This document shows, piece after piece, positions 37,044-50,300 of a stretch of DNA of 64,000 nucleotides. The position numbers and the translations under genes were made by a program. The notes under the pieces were generated by a model. The model searched no databases, was not told where the DNA came from, and saw only the letters and a program-made list of their open reading frames with translations. Where the stretch lies: NCBI RefSeq assembly GCF_006345805.1, contig NC_043004.1:37262001-37326000 (forward strand), written 5' to 3'. This DNA is from Octopus sinensis (Eukaryota). Position 1 is the first letter of the stretch, and each line of letters opens with the position of its first letter.

Positions 37044-37143
37044 CACATGTATATGCATATATATATACATATATATACACACACATATATATATACCTAT
37101 ATATACATATATATATACATATATATACATATATATATATACT

Positions 37144-37229
<86 letters not shown>

Positions 37230-37273
37230 TATACATACGTATATATATATATATATATATATATATACGTGTA

Positions 37274-37308
<35 letters not shown>

Positions 37309-37315
37309 AATATAT

Positions 37316-37367
<52 letters not shown>

Positions 37368-37600
37368 TACACTATACGTAGTCTTGCATTGCTTCAAAAT
37401 TTCCTTGCTAACTTTGTTACTCTCTTTTGGCAAAAAACCTAAGTCGGAGAACTGAAACTGCTTTGGTAAAAGTTATCTAATGAAAACGCTTGTTTACGTA
37501 CGCTGATATATACCGTGGTTAAATATATGTATGCATACACATACCAATTATATGTAACTATGATGTGTCTATGTATATGTGTGTGTGTATGTATATATAC

Positions 37601-37684
<84 letters not shown>

Positions 37685-37730
37685 GTGTGTGTGTGCGTGC
37701 GCGCGCGTATGTGTGTATGTGTGTACATAC

Positions 37731-37780
<50 letters not shown>
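36830..37780. repeat. Very long compound (TA)n array with a ~190-bp non-repetitive insert
   Basis: Direct reading; source of the many YI/IY ORFs. Confidence 0.95.
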
Positions 37781-37785
<5 letters not shown>

Positions 37786-38507
37786 TTATTGAACCTGGAG
37801 AAAGTCATTCTCTAGTAGTGTCCTATTAACACACGCACCGGTTCGATTTCCATTCATTTACTTATTTATTTTTTTCTAAAATTTTCATTGCGTCTTGCAC
37901 CCTTTTCAATATCCGTTGGCTCCGTCCGTTAGCAGAGCGGCGTTATTTTTGTTTGTGCGCATGTGTGTGCATCAGTGTGCATGTATATACACATATGTAT
38001 GTATGTATGTGTATGCATGTATGTGCGTGAATGCACACATATATATATGTGTGTGTATGCGTGCTTGTACGTTTGTATGTATTCTGCATATTCATGTGTT
38101 TGTGTGATTGTATGTGTGTGCATGTGTGTATATGGTCATGTGTTTCAGTCTTCATATGTGTATGTGTGTGTGTGTCTGTGTGTGTGCTTGTCTGCCCGTA
38201 TTGCCTATGTACTTATCTATCTATTTATCTGTCCGTTTACTTACATATCCATTTACATATATGACGGGTCATTATGCAGAAACTCGAGTCCGTGTGTATC
38301 ATAAGTTGAAGACGGGAAGGATGGCTTCCCTTTGCAAATACTGATAGGGCACAGAAAGTGTGTCTATAGCCAGCTGGAGGAGGTGTCCTCCTGGGGCTAC
38401 AAACTACAGTAGCATCCACCCTTAGGGATTCGCCATATTCAAATGGCAAATATACGTCACGATGTGTTGCTGCTACTGTTTATAACTCGCTCTGAGATTT
38501 ATTATTG

Positions 38508-38581
<74 letters not shown>

Positions 38582-38739
38582 TTCTTTATTTTATAACAAT
38601 GAGTCAGTCCACTTTTAGTTACTTGGGGATGGTCAGAATCCTTCTACAACATCTTACCTTTTTAGAATTAGTCTCCCCTAACCTGTCCCCCTTTCAAGCA
38701 TGAAACTCCGCCCAGGCTTTTGATATCTCTTACGTTTTA

Positions 38740-40196
38740 GGTTTAATTCCAGTGTTCTCGTTCTTTTCCGTTTTTTCTGATGCTATAACGCGTAGCTTCA
38801 AATTGTTTGGGTGTTGGTACCTCAAACGTGTCGTATCTCAAAATCCCTGGATGACTAATGTGAAATTCTTTTAGCAATCGCTTTTGTAGTGTGGCTGGCA
38901 CTACGACTCTTTGTGCGTAGACCAACACATTGTCACACATTGAAAACAGGTTCGTATTTGTGTTGCACATATTTTTATCTCTTTTAACCTTCAGTATTTC
39001 TTTCATTTTTTTTCAATGAATTTATCGTTTTCTAATTTTAATTTTTTTGTCTTGTAATGTGACTAGTGTGGAGGCACATGGCCTAGTGGTTAGAGCAGCG
39101 GACTCGCGGTCGAGGGATCACGAGTTCGGTCTCAGACCGGGCGATGTGTGCATTTATGAGCGAAACACCTAAGCTCCATGCGGCTCCAGCAGAAGGTAAT
39201 GGCGAACTTCTGCTGACTCTTTCGCCACAACTTTCTCTCACTCTTTCCTCCTGCATCTTGCAGCTCACCTGCGACGGACCGGTGTCCCGTCCAAGTGGGG
39301 AACCGATACGTCAAGGAAACCGGGAAACCGGCCCTAATAAACCAGGCATGGCTCGAGAAGGAACAAACAATGTGACGAGCAGTTCACGTATGACGTTACA
39401 CAAAACATTTTTAATTTCATTTTCCGCTCACAAAGCAGCAATCGTGGTATCTTCATATGGTTCAGCATTTTCTGAAATCCGTCTTGATAAACAATCAACG
39501 TGTCCTAATTTCTTAGATGGTATATACTCCATCTTAAAATCATAATTTAATAATATACTACTCCAGCATTGCATCATATTAGCCGTAAGGGTGGGGATTC
39601 CTTTCTTCGGCCCAAATATCGATAACAAATATCGATAACGAAAAGTCTACCGCATAAAAATTTATGAAATTTTTTTTACGATGAAAATGATCGCTAGAGC
39701 ATCTTTTTCGATTTGGCTGTAATTTTTTTTTTTCTGTTGATATCAGAAAATATGAGGCATGAACCACTGCCTTCATGTTACCATCTTTATATTTATGTAG
39801 CATTACTCAGAGGCATCTGAAGCTACAACAATCACCGTTGCAGGATCGAATTGTGCTAACGACAAATCAAATGTTAATATTTTTTAAATTTCGTCGAACG
39901 CCTTCTGACAATTTTCAGACCAGTTCCAATTTACATTTATTTTTCAATAGGTTATTTAGTGGAACTCATACCTTATGCATATTTGGAATATAATTTTGGT
40001 AATAATTTACCAGTCCCAAAAAAGCTTGTAAGGTCGCTATATTTGTTGGAGGGTGCATATTTTTAATTGCATCTGCCCTCGACGGAACTGGTCGATGTCC
40101 ATTTCTGTCAATGATTTGTCTTAAATATTTTATTTTCGGTAAGAAAAATTCACACTTTTCTTCCCTCCAAGTAAAGCCGTAATCCCTAATGCTCAA
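38740..40196 (-). mobile_element. Ty3/Gypsy LTR retrotransposon pol fragment (RT end, RNase H, integrase N-terminus), decayed
   Basis: EKCEFF..LQAFLGLVNYY (RT); AVVHAS..SIFGPKKGIPTLTAN..W..ILLNYDFKMEY (RNase H); RVVVPATLQKRLLKEFHISHPG (integrase Zn-binding region). Stops, frameshifts and a SINE insertion. Confidence 0.92.
39067..39368 (+). mobile_element. tRNA-derived SINE, family B (V-domain-like), inserted in Gypsy pol
   Basis: A box TGGCCTAGTGG, B-box-like GAGTTCGGTCTC, CTGCGACGGACCGGTGTCCCGTCC domain. TSD AATGTGAC(T/G)AG at 39056-39066 and 39369-39379. Confidence 0.88.
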
Positions 40197-40197
40197 C

Positions 40198-40363
40198 TAG
40201 TACTTATTTCATCGAAATAAAGAAAGATAGTACTTATTTCATCGACCCGAAACGATAGAAAGCAGAGTCAAGCTTAGCGGAAGTAGAACTCAGAACGTAA
40301 AGAGATGAAAGAAATGCCGCGAAGCATTTTGTCCAGTGGGCAGACGATTCTGCCAGTTCACCG

Positions 40364-40367
<4 letters not shown>
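40198..40367 (-). mobile_element. SINE family C (head + core), degraded
   Basis: Minus strand GCGGTGAACTGGCAGAATCGT..AAATGCTTCGCGGCATTTC..CGTTCTGAGTTC..GGGTCGATGAAATAAGTA. Confidence 0.75.
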
Positions 40368-40399
<32 letters not shown>

Positions 40400-40408
40400 T
40401 AATAATAA

Positions 40409-40965
40409 ATGCCCTAATGCAGTACCAGACAGTGGCTCTCACAACTTCTGATCTTAACTGATTGGAAGTGTTATCATGTACATTGTTTTGTCTTGGTATA
40501 ATAGATGGGCTACAATAAATATTCTGCTCAATACCACAGATTTGCTTGTCAGTTGTTTGACCTTAACCAGTTGACCATGTCCCTTAGCGGCTGATGATAT
40601 GTGCATCTCTGATTACGAGCAGAAGTAGTGGGGGGAGCATCATAGCCATGTATTGAGAGGGATTCTTTGGGGTTTGAATAATTCACCTCTGGAAACATGG
40701 CTGTTTCGTTCAACATCCTTAAACAATTCTTATTCAGGGACCTTTTGAGCGGGATAGGCTACTCGACCTGAAGAAAATTCTAACTGGGCCCCACCTGCAA
40801 GGTCATGCGCTGTTTATCTTGATATGAGATCACCATGTCACATACATATGGCTAGAATGCATGTGCCTGGTGTACTCTTATCAGACGGGTAGTCATGATG
40901 GGTATACTGGGCTTCGTATGTTTTACCCCAGTGTCAGTTTGATGGCATGCACTGCTCTTTCACTC
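40409..40965. mobile_element. ~560-bp (AAT)n-flanked non-coding repeat, copy 1 (unclassified)
   Basis: Homologous along its whole length to 41032-41609; bounded by (AAT)n at 40368-40406 and 40966-41031; no ORF. Confidence 0.8.
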
Positions 40966-41031
40966 AATAATAATAATAATAATAATAATGATGATAATAA
41001 TAATAATAAATAATAATAATAATAATAATAA

Positions 41032-41609
41032 GTACCAGGCATGCCCTAATGCAGTACCAGATATGCCCTGATGCAGTACCAAGCACTGGCTCTCATGGCG
41101 TCTTATCTTAACTGATTGAAAGTGTTATCATGTACATTGTTTTGTCTTGGTATAAAAGATGAGCTAAAGCAAATATTCTGCTCAATACCACAGATTTGCT
41201 TGTCAGTTGCTTGACCTTAACCAGTTGAGCATGTCCCTTAGTGGCTGACGATACGTGCATATCTAATCACGAGCAGAAGTAGTGGGGGAGCATCATAGCC
41301 AAGTGTTGAGATGGATTCTTTGGGGTTTGGATAATTCACCTCTGGAAACATAGGTGTTTCGTTCAACATTCTTAATCTTTATTCAGGGACCCTTTGAGTG
41401 GGATGGGCTACTCGACCTGAAGAAAATTTTAATTGGGTCATGCATGGTCATGCGCTGTTAATATTGATATGAGATCACCATGTCGCACACATATGGTTGT
41501 GATGCATGTGCCTAGTGTACCCTGATCAGACGGTAGTCATGATGGTTATACTGGGCTTTGTATATTTTACCCCAGTGTCACTTTGATGGCATGCACTGCT
41601 CTCTCACTC
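41032..41609. mobile_element. ~570-bp (AAT)n-flanked non-coding repeat, copy 2
   Basis: Diverged paralogue of copy 1 with an extra tandem ATGCCCTAATGCAGTACCAG unit at its left end; followed by (AAT/AAC)n 41610-41669. Confidence 0.8.
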
Positions 41610-41669
41610 AATAATAATAATAATAACAACAACAACAACAACAACAATGATAATAATAATAATAATAAT

Positions 41670-44600
41670 GAAAGGAAGCGGGTGGAGCCTCCTCCTCCTC
41701 ATGAACTCATTAATGATACATCTAGTGATGGTGTCACAATAAAAACGCTGGTAACTGCCCAACCTGATAATGGCTACCTCATACGAGTGTCAAAGAAAAA
41801 ACAAAATATTGTGAATAACGGTGGTAATGAAACTGAAGCCAATGATGCTGACAGTGTTACACCCGGTAGGCTCAGAGATTCTGGTCCGGCTCCAGCCTGT
41901 CAATATCCAGAAACGGACCACCACACACGGCGTAGATGGAGCAAACAAATTAATGCTGTGGTCATGGAGTGTTACTACCTGAGCAACCCGGTAGATGAAA
42001 ATGGTGCTCAAATTAGGGGTTACTTTCAACGTATGTATGATCATTGGAGAGAAAAAGGATTGTTTCAACTCACGGAAGAGAGACTATGTGATCAAGCTAG
42101 AGCAATAAGGAAAAATTGTTGGTTCACAGAAGTAGAGCTCGAAGCTATTAAAAGATGGGTCATGGACAATAGCAGTATAGATAATGAAAATACAGTTCTT
42201 ACTAATAAGAGTAACCTCACAGCACAGGAAAGGAGCAGTGGTAGTTTACTTGATGAGAGACATATAGATGATCTAAAAGAAGACAATAAAACTAAAAATA
42301 GAACTAATGGCGACATGACAGATGAACAAAAGCAGTCTACGACAGAATAAAGTTAGGACTACAGGAGAACGATAGCGACATTATTTGCAACCTTAAAAAA
42401 GTTGATCGATAGAAATTGAACCAAGAAACGAAAAATGTCAATGAAATTCTGAAATACATCAGAACAAACAACATCACAAAAACAAATAATTTGATCAAGG
42501 CAGCAAGGATTGTTGTAACAGAAAACGTGGGTGTTGATGTCAAAGAAAAGAAACATAATGGGAGTAACAAAAGAAAAGATCCATGGTGGAAAAGAAGAAT
42601 CCAGGCAGAGTTAGACATGCTCTCGAAGGAAATCTCTGTGTTAGACCGAAAAGAGAAAGGGGAGCTTAAAAGCGAACAAAAATACAGGGCGCTGGAAAGG
42701 AAGTATAATATTGAAAGAAAGGGCCTGAAAGTAGTAATGGAAGAGCTGAAACAGTACCTCGTTGCAAAGAAAGCAAAGATGACAAGATACGACCAAAGAA
42801 TGAAGGGTTACCACCAGAATAGATTATTCAGAGTAGATCAGAAGAGATTCTACAAAGAAATAAATGGAGTGTGTACAGATGAAAAGTTGATACCAGATAA
42901 TATTGGAAGTCAAAGGTTTTGGAGTGACATCTGGAGCAAAGACAAGGAGCACAAGAAGGATGCTGAATGGTTGCAAGAACTGAAACAGACAGAAGTCTGT
43001 CCAAAACAGGCAGAACTAGTCATTTCAGTAAGGGAAGTGAAGGGAATCAGTAAAAAAAATGAGCAACTGGGAGGCCCCGGGACCAGATGGAGTTCAAGGC
43101 TAATGGATCAAAAGATTTGGTGAATGTCATGCACGAATAGCTGCACAACTCAAAACTCTGTTAAATGCCGACCAAGTAACGCCAGAGTGGTTGACATTGG
43201 GTAGGAACGTGCTGTGCCTGAAAAATATCGAAAAAGGCAATACGGTAGACAATTACAGGCCGATATCCTGTTTGCCACTTATGTGGAATTTATTGACTGG
43301 AATACTCGCGGAGTCAATGTACCGAACATCTGGACAAAAATGGAGTCCTGCCACATGAGCAGAAGGGTTGCAAACATAGGTGCAGAGGTACTAAGGATCA
43401 ACTCCTGATAGACAAAACAAGGAGGAAAAGTAACTTAGCTATGTCATGGATCAACTATCGTAAAGCGTACGATATGATCCCACATTCTTGGATTTATGGA
43501 GTGTATGAACCTATTTGGTATTGCATCGAAAGCGATTGCTTGAAAAAAGTATGGCGAATTAGGGGACAGACCTGACAGTATACAAAAGAAGTTAAGGAAC
43601 AGTAGAAATTACGAGAGGCATCTTCCAAGGAGACTACCTGTCTCCACTGATCTTTGTACTGTGCTTGATACCACTAACACTGATTCTGAGGAAAGCAAAA
43701 GTCAACCATTTGTTATTCATGGATGACCTCAAACTTTATGGTAAAGATTAATCCCTATTCAATTCCCTCGTTGATACGGTGTATACTTTCAGTGCTGATA
43801 TCAGAATGGAGTTCGGACTGAAAAAGTGTGGTGTGTTGGTCTTGGAGAGAGGCAAAATCAAATGTATGGATGGGCTAGCGTATGGATGAAGCAGATAGAA
43901 GAGATGGGCTATAAGTACTTTGGGATATTGGAAATGGATAAATTGATGGAGAAAGAAATGACAGAAAAATTTAAGGTGGAGTACTTGCGCAGACTGAGAC
44001 TGATCCTTAAGTCGAAATTAAACAGACGGAATAAGATTGAAGCTATCAACACCTGGGCGGTTTCACTCCTTAGATATGGAGCAGGGGTAATCGCATGGAA
44101 CAGTAAACGAACTAAACAGCTTAGAAAGGCAAAGAAGTTGCTGGTTAGATATGAGATATTCCACCTAAAAAGTGACACAGACAGACTGCATGTACCAAGA
44201 AAAAGAGGGAGAAGAGGACTGATTGGGTGCGAACACAGCATTAGAGCAGAAGAAAACAACATAGCATGGTATGTGAAAAATGCCACAGAACCACTATTAT
44301 TGGAAGTAAGAAGGTCAGGCTTGAGTAAGATGGAAGATTACAAAGATAAAGTACTGTACAAGGACTTGAGAATGAATGAAACTGAAAATAGGGGGATAAA
44401 GAAAAGAATGCATGGACAATTTCATAGGGATGTTGAAGATAAAAGAGACAGAGAAAAAAGATGGCTATGGATGACTAAAAGTGATTTAAAACCGAAGCCA
44501 AAATTAAGAACCAATTATATGAAATACAGAATAGACAACACAACAAAAAGTGATAAGTGCAGAATGTGCGGGACAAAACGGTGAAACCGTATGGGATATT

Positions 44601-45195
44601 ACCAGCCAATGTACACCACTAGCCTAGAAGTAATATAAGCGACGTCATGACAATATAGAAAGGATTGACCATTGGACACTTTGCAACATGTATGGACTTG
44701 ACAGAGCAAAAAAGTGGTACGAACATAAACCCGAAGGCATCATCGAAAATGATAATGCAAAGATCCTATAGGATTTTATGATTCAGTGCGACCATGAGAT
44801 AAAGAATAGGAAGTCAGACATTGTGTTAATTGGGAAAGAAAGCAAACGATTCTGGATCATAGGTATGCGATAAAAAAGAAAGAAAATTCGATAGATATGA
44901 CAGGTTAGCTAGGAGGCTAAGCAGCTGTGGTCGCTGAAAAAGGTGGTAGTCGTGTCAATAATTGTCGAAGCCCAGGAAACAGTGAGTAAAAATCTTGAGA
45001 AGTTCATGGAACAAATAGGGGATGCACTGCTTGGAACCGCTCGAATACTCCGGAAGGTGCTCGAAAAATAAGGGGTGTTACCTTAGTTCACTGGTAGTGA
45101 ACAGTTGGCACCATATTACATCTCCAGCGTAAATATTCGCCGGCATCACTAAACATTGGAAAATATGCAGTGTGCATAAAACTATGATAAATAAT
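41670..45195 (+). mobile_element. R4/Dong-clade non-LTR retrotransposon (RT + restriction-like endonuclease), near full length, pseudogenised
   Basis: N-terminal RRRWSKQIN..VMECYY..RLCDQAR motif, YRPISCL, FQGDYLSPL, FMDDLKL, CRMCG zinc knuckle, RHD..WYEHKP..DFMIQCD endonuclease region. Many frameshifts; starts directly after (AAT)n. Confidence 0.9.
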
Positions 45196-45330
45196 TGGTA
45201 TGAACAACAGCCAAATATGACAGCAATGATGTCACCATCTTCTCCGACATCCCCATCCACACTGACGAAGCCACCAAATATGACGGATAAGAAAGAGAGA
45301 TGTATACACACCGACCTGAAAACAAGTTTA
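45196..45330 (+). mobile_element. Second R4/Dong-like endonuclease-domain fragment
   Basis: WYEQQP..NDVTIFSDIPIHTD resembles the WYEHxP..NDxVTILWDxPIHTD motif of RLE LINEs. Confidence 0.6.
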
Positions 45331-46077
45331 AGACCACTTGAAACATTTAAAATTAGTCCAACACTCGTAGCAAAGAAACAAGAGATACACGGAGAGAAAC
45401 TCTAATTGTGCTCTCCTTAATAAAGTGTGACATCTTAGATGTCTTTTTCTGGAGTAAAATCGTAATCTTTTGTTCCAATTTTTGTTTTTAATTGGTGGAG
45501 TGCGTATTCAATACATCTGTCGAAATATTTATATGAGAATACCGTTGGACAGATTCGAACGTACATATCGGCAATCCAAAACTCTTGGTGGCTTGGAAGA
45601 ATATTCAGTCCGACGAACTGAATACTTTCATAGTATTTAGTTGTCTCTAAGTTCAGTCTCAATTTACATTCTGCCGAGATTAACTCAACCTTCCGAGGCA
45701 GATAAAGCAACTAACGGTCAATGTGATCTTTTTCTCTTTTTTTTCTATTTCATTAAAAAAAAAATTTAGTAATAGTGCCGCTTTAAAATTTGTTAGTTTC
45801 CAAGAAGTGTCTCTACTCCCAGAATATATTGTATAGAATTTTCGTGGCGTCTGAACTATGATCTCCAGCTAATCTACATTCCAAACTAAAGGTAATCTAC
45901 TTCGTAAATCTAGTACCTATGGGTGTAGGATCACACAATTCTTATTGTAAACACTGATATTATAGCTAATAGTAATTAAAGATAACAAAAATAATGATAA
46001 GGAAGAAATATATTTCTCTCAATGCATAAAACATTTCTTGTCTCTGATAATTGCTCTGCTGTATCAGACACACTTGT

Positions 46078-46232
46078 TTTGAGTTCAAATTCCGCCGAGG
46101 TCGACTTTGCCTTTCATCCTCTCGGGGTCGATAAATAAAGTACCAGTTTCGCACTGGGTCGATGTAATCGACTTAATCCCTTTGTCCTTGATTGTCCCCT
46201 CTATGTTTAGCCCCTTGTGGGTAGTAAAGAAA
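46078..46232 (+). mobile_element. 5'-truncated SINE family C, tail type 1
   Basis: GAGTTCAAATTCCGCCGAGGTCGACTTTGCC..CCCCTTGTGGGTAGTAAAGAAAT. Confidence 0.88.
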
Positions 46233-46609
46233 TATATTTACACACGCGCGCGCACACACGTACATTCACAGACGCACTTACGCACACACACACATACAAG
46301 AGTTATTTCCCTCTAGACCACCCAGTATGTTTAGAGTTACCTCCTTCTATAGTAGTTATCTCCCTGTACATATACAGAGGTTGACTGATATTATCATGAA
46401 GTGATCTGCTAACGAACGAAATAATTGTTTAATCCGTCAAGTTTTATCTATCTTCACATTTTGTATTTTGTTACTCATCGCTGAACGACAAGGAGCGACT
46501 GAACGATTTTTGAACTTCGTGAAGAGAAATGATTTTATGTGCATAACGGAAGTGTCCTGTCGTTTGGAAAACGAAAACGTAATTATAAACTCGTGTGTAT
46601 ATATTTGCG

Positions 46610-46960
46610 TACGTATGTGTGTATGTATGTACGTATGCATGTATATGTGTATGTATGTATGTATGCATGTATGTATGTATTATGTATGTATGTATGTGTG
46701 TGTGTATGTATGTATGCATGTATGTATGCATGCATGTATGTATGTATGTATGTACGTATGTATGCATACATGCATGCATGTATTATGTGTGTGCGTATGT
46801 ATGCATGTATGTATGTATGTATGTATGTATGTATGTATGTATGTATCTATGCATGTATGCATGTATGTATGTATGTATGTATGTGCGTGTGTATGTATGT
46901 ATGTATGTATATATGTATGTATGTATGTATGTATGAATGTATGCATGCATGCATGTATGG
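46610..46960. repeat. (TATG)n array
   Basis: Direct reading. Confidence 0.95.
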
Positions 46961-47131
46961 CGATAGATATGTTTCTTTATTAGCCACACAGGGCTGCACA
47001 CAGATAGAACAAATTACAAGGTAGAGCTTTTCTTTTGAAGGTTTAAAAAAAAAAAAAAAAAAAAAAAAGGAAGGGGGAGTTTCGATCAAAAGGGATCGTA
47101 AAAGGAGAGAAAGAGGACAAAAAAAAGGGGG

Positions 47132-47166
<35 letters not shown>

Positions 47167-47380
47167 GGAGAGGAAAAAAAAAATTGATCAATAGGGATCG
47201 TTATCACAGAAATGTCAATATGAAGTGTAAAGGGGAGGACAGGTGAGGTTTACCCGTGGAAAGAAAAGCCTACGGAAAAGACCACGGTAACCTCGGTCAA
47301 TGAAGTCACATTTTATATTTCTTTTTTTTTTTTTTTTTTTTTTTTGCAAATAAGCAACTCTCTGTTTTCGATTTCTGGGT

Positions 47381-50300
47381 TCATAGGACTATGCTCAAGG
47401 TGGCTTCGTCATTCATACGTGCCATTCTTGCTACATTCACCCATCTTTTTTTAAAACATTCGCTAGACAAAACTTGCCTCTCTACTCTCACTTTCCTTTT
47501 CAAGTGGTACTTGAAGAAGTTGATGAGAGATTGACCAGAGAGGAAAGTGTTTGTCTCCAATCCTTTCAGACGCGTCCACCAGATACATTCTTTCGCCATA
47601 GCCACAAGGATGATGAAAATAGCTCTTCCTTCCCGTTTGAAGGAAGGAGGCGTGACAATATTGACGATAGACTCAGCTGATAAACCGACTCGTCCCACAC
47701 GTGACAGCAGTTGTTCGACATAAGCCCACAGGTCGGAAATTGTTGGACACTGAACGAGTGCGTGCAGAACGGTTTCGTCGCTCTGACCGCATCTCGGGCA
47801 GGTCGGCCCCGTGTTTCTCGAGCCGTGTCTGTAGAGCTTATCCCGAACGGGTAGCGCTTCTCGGTAGCACTGCCAGGCCAGGGATCTCTGGAAGTTGTCC
47901 ATGGGCCCTGGCCCGAAAGTCGTCCCGAACAGGCGGGTCAGGTACTCCTCGTCGACGTCCAGGTTCGCCCCGAGCTCGTCGTCGTACCTCCCCTCCACTA
48001 AACCCCTATAGAATGCTTTGGTTGTGTTGAAGTCACTTAAGGTCGACCCAGGACGGCAGAGTTGCTTGAGAGCAACGCGACACTCGCGGTGCCATTCGCC
48101 CTTCCTCGGCCTCTTTTTGATCCACGACTGCAGTTCGGTCATGGAGACGAGCTGCGGGAAAGCGTGCCTCACAAACGGCGACCACACCTGTTCACCGTCG
48201 TCTACATAGAGCCAGAGATGTCGCAGTCTCAGCGCGTGTCTGCGCATCATCAACCACGGCATGCCCAGCCCTCCTTTTAACGGGTGTTGACAGCAAATGG
48301 ATCGCCTGACCATCGGGACGCATCCTTTCCACAAGAAGCGAAAGAGGATGCGTTGTAGTTTGGTGATGGTAGGGTCGGGACAAGGTACGACGGTCAGGCG
48401 GTAGTAGATGACGGACGCGATGTACGTGTTCGCCACCTCCGCTCGACCTTTTAGGGACAGTTTCCTCTCGGCCCATTGCCGGGCGAGAGTGACCACCCTA
48501 CTCGTTATCTCGTTCCAGTTCTTCTCCACTTGGAGGTCCGGACCAAACCAGACCCCGAGCAACTCAACCGGGCCATCGGTCCAGCGTCCCACGACGGAGG
48601 CGCTGGTGGACGGCATGGGCTTGCTTCTCCAGGTGCCTAGTCGCAAGCCCACTGACTTTTCCCGGTTGATTTTCGCTCCTGTCACCGCTTCGTAGTTTTT
48701 CAGTGTCTCGCCGACCAGCTCGATGTGCTCGTGGCTAGACACTATGACGGTGACGTCGTCCGCGTATGCAGACACGCTCGTCCCGCATCCCAATTCTCGC
48801 GGGATGCCCCTTAGAGTCGCCAGCTTCCGCAGTAGTGGCTCAAGAGTCAATACGTATAGAAGCGCCGAGAGGGGGCATCCCTGACGGACCGAACGTGCAA
48901 TGTCGAAAGGTCTCGATAGATGTCCATTTACGCGAATTACCGAACGGATGCCTCTGTACAAGGCAGCTATCCAGCCGCGGAAGACGGGACCGAAACCAGC
49001 CGCTCTCAGGACTGCCTCCAAGTATCGATGGTCTACCCTATCAAAGGCTTTCGATTGATCCAAGTTGATCAGGGCCCCACCCATGCCAGGTTCGTTAACT
49101 ACCCTGTCTATGATGTAGCGCATCAGATGGAGGTTGTCATGGATGGTCCGGCCTGGCACGGCGCATGTTTGCGCCTTGTCGACCAGTTTCTCGATGACAA
49201 GCGCCAACCTCTTGGCTAGCACCTTGGCCAAAATTTTCAAGTCTGCATTAAGCAGAGTGATGGGCCTAAAGTTATCTATTACATTTCCCTTGTTTAGATC
49301 TTTCTTCAGCAGTGTTACGGCTCCTCGGCTCACAAAACCAGGAATGCTCCCGTTTTGCTGCCAGTTGCAGTACACCGCCGCCAAGAGATCTCCAAACAAG
49401 CCTGGCATACAATTGTAAAGCTCGTAGGGTAGACCATCCAAACCCGGTGATTTGTCCCTCGAGCATTCTGCCATCGCTTCCCGCACTTCCGCCGCCGTGA
49501 TGGCACCTTCGCAGCACCCTGCCTTTCTTGTCGAGAGTCGTGGTAGGCTATGTAGGTAGGCACTGAAGTCCACCCTACGTTCGTGCCCTCCACTCGTTCC
49601 GAACAGTCGGGCAAAATGCTGCTGAAAGGCCTCACACATTTTACTTGGCTCGAGCAATTCGCGCCCCTGTTCATCTACCAGTGACCGAATGGTGGCTTTG
49701 TTGCCCTGTTGCGCCTCTGCCACCCGGGCCTCTCTCGCGGCTCCAACACCTTCGTTCCTTAGAGCACGCATCCTAGCTCTGACAGCACATCCTTCGTGTT
49801 TGGCGTTGAAGTGTTGGTCGAGGGCCAACCTCGCCGCCAAAACGTCGGATGCGATGCCGCTTCTAATTGCCTCTTCTAGCTTCTTAACTAGCTCACCCTC
49901 TACTCTATTTCTGTCTATGGCTAGTGCTTTGCTGTACCTAATCGCTTCTGCTTTTACTGCTCTCTTGAGGGCAAACCACCATTTGTTGTTGATGATGGCT
50001 CCCGTCAAAGCCCTCTTTACTAGTGTGCTAATCCGGTCTCTGAAAACTTGTCTCGATGGGAAAGACGCGTTTAGTTTCCAGTATCCGGGACCCTGCCTAA
50101 GTGTCTTACCTAAGTCTAGCGTACATGTCACAAGTTTGTGATCCGTGTAGCTGACTATGTGGAATTGTGGACATCCTATGCTATCTCTATCTACTGTCCT
50201 ACACAGTATCCTATCTAGATACGATCTCGACGACCCGATGCGGTTGCTCCATGTCCACGTTGGCGCATTCGGGTGGTCTAGTCGGAACCTGTCAGACAGT

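Noticed and set aside
35579-38344. Many ORFs of 60-140 aa rich in YI/IY/CV
   Set aside because: Translations of (TA)n/(TG)n/(TATG)n microsatellites, which lack stop codons; not genes. The same applies at 1.7-3.1, 16.5, 18, 21.2, 24.3, 29-33 and 46.5-47 kb.
39067-39140. tRNA-like sequence (also the heads at 2591, 9115, 30977)
   Set aside because: A/B boxes are present, but there is no complete cloverleaf or acceptor stem and the sequence continues into SINE bodies; these are SINE heads, not tRNA genes.
47474-50141. Plus-strand ORFs (63-150 aa) and short alternative minus-strand ORFs overlapping LINE ORF2
   Set aside because: Antisense or alternative-frame by-products of a GC-rich coding sequence; no independent motifs.
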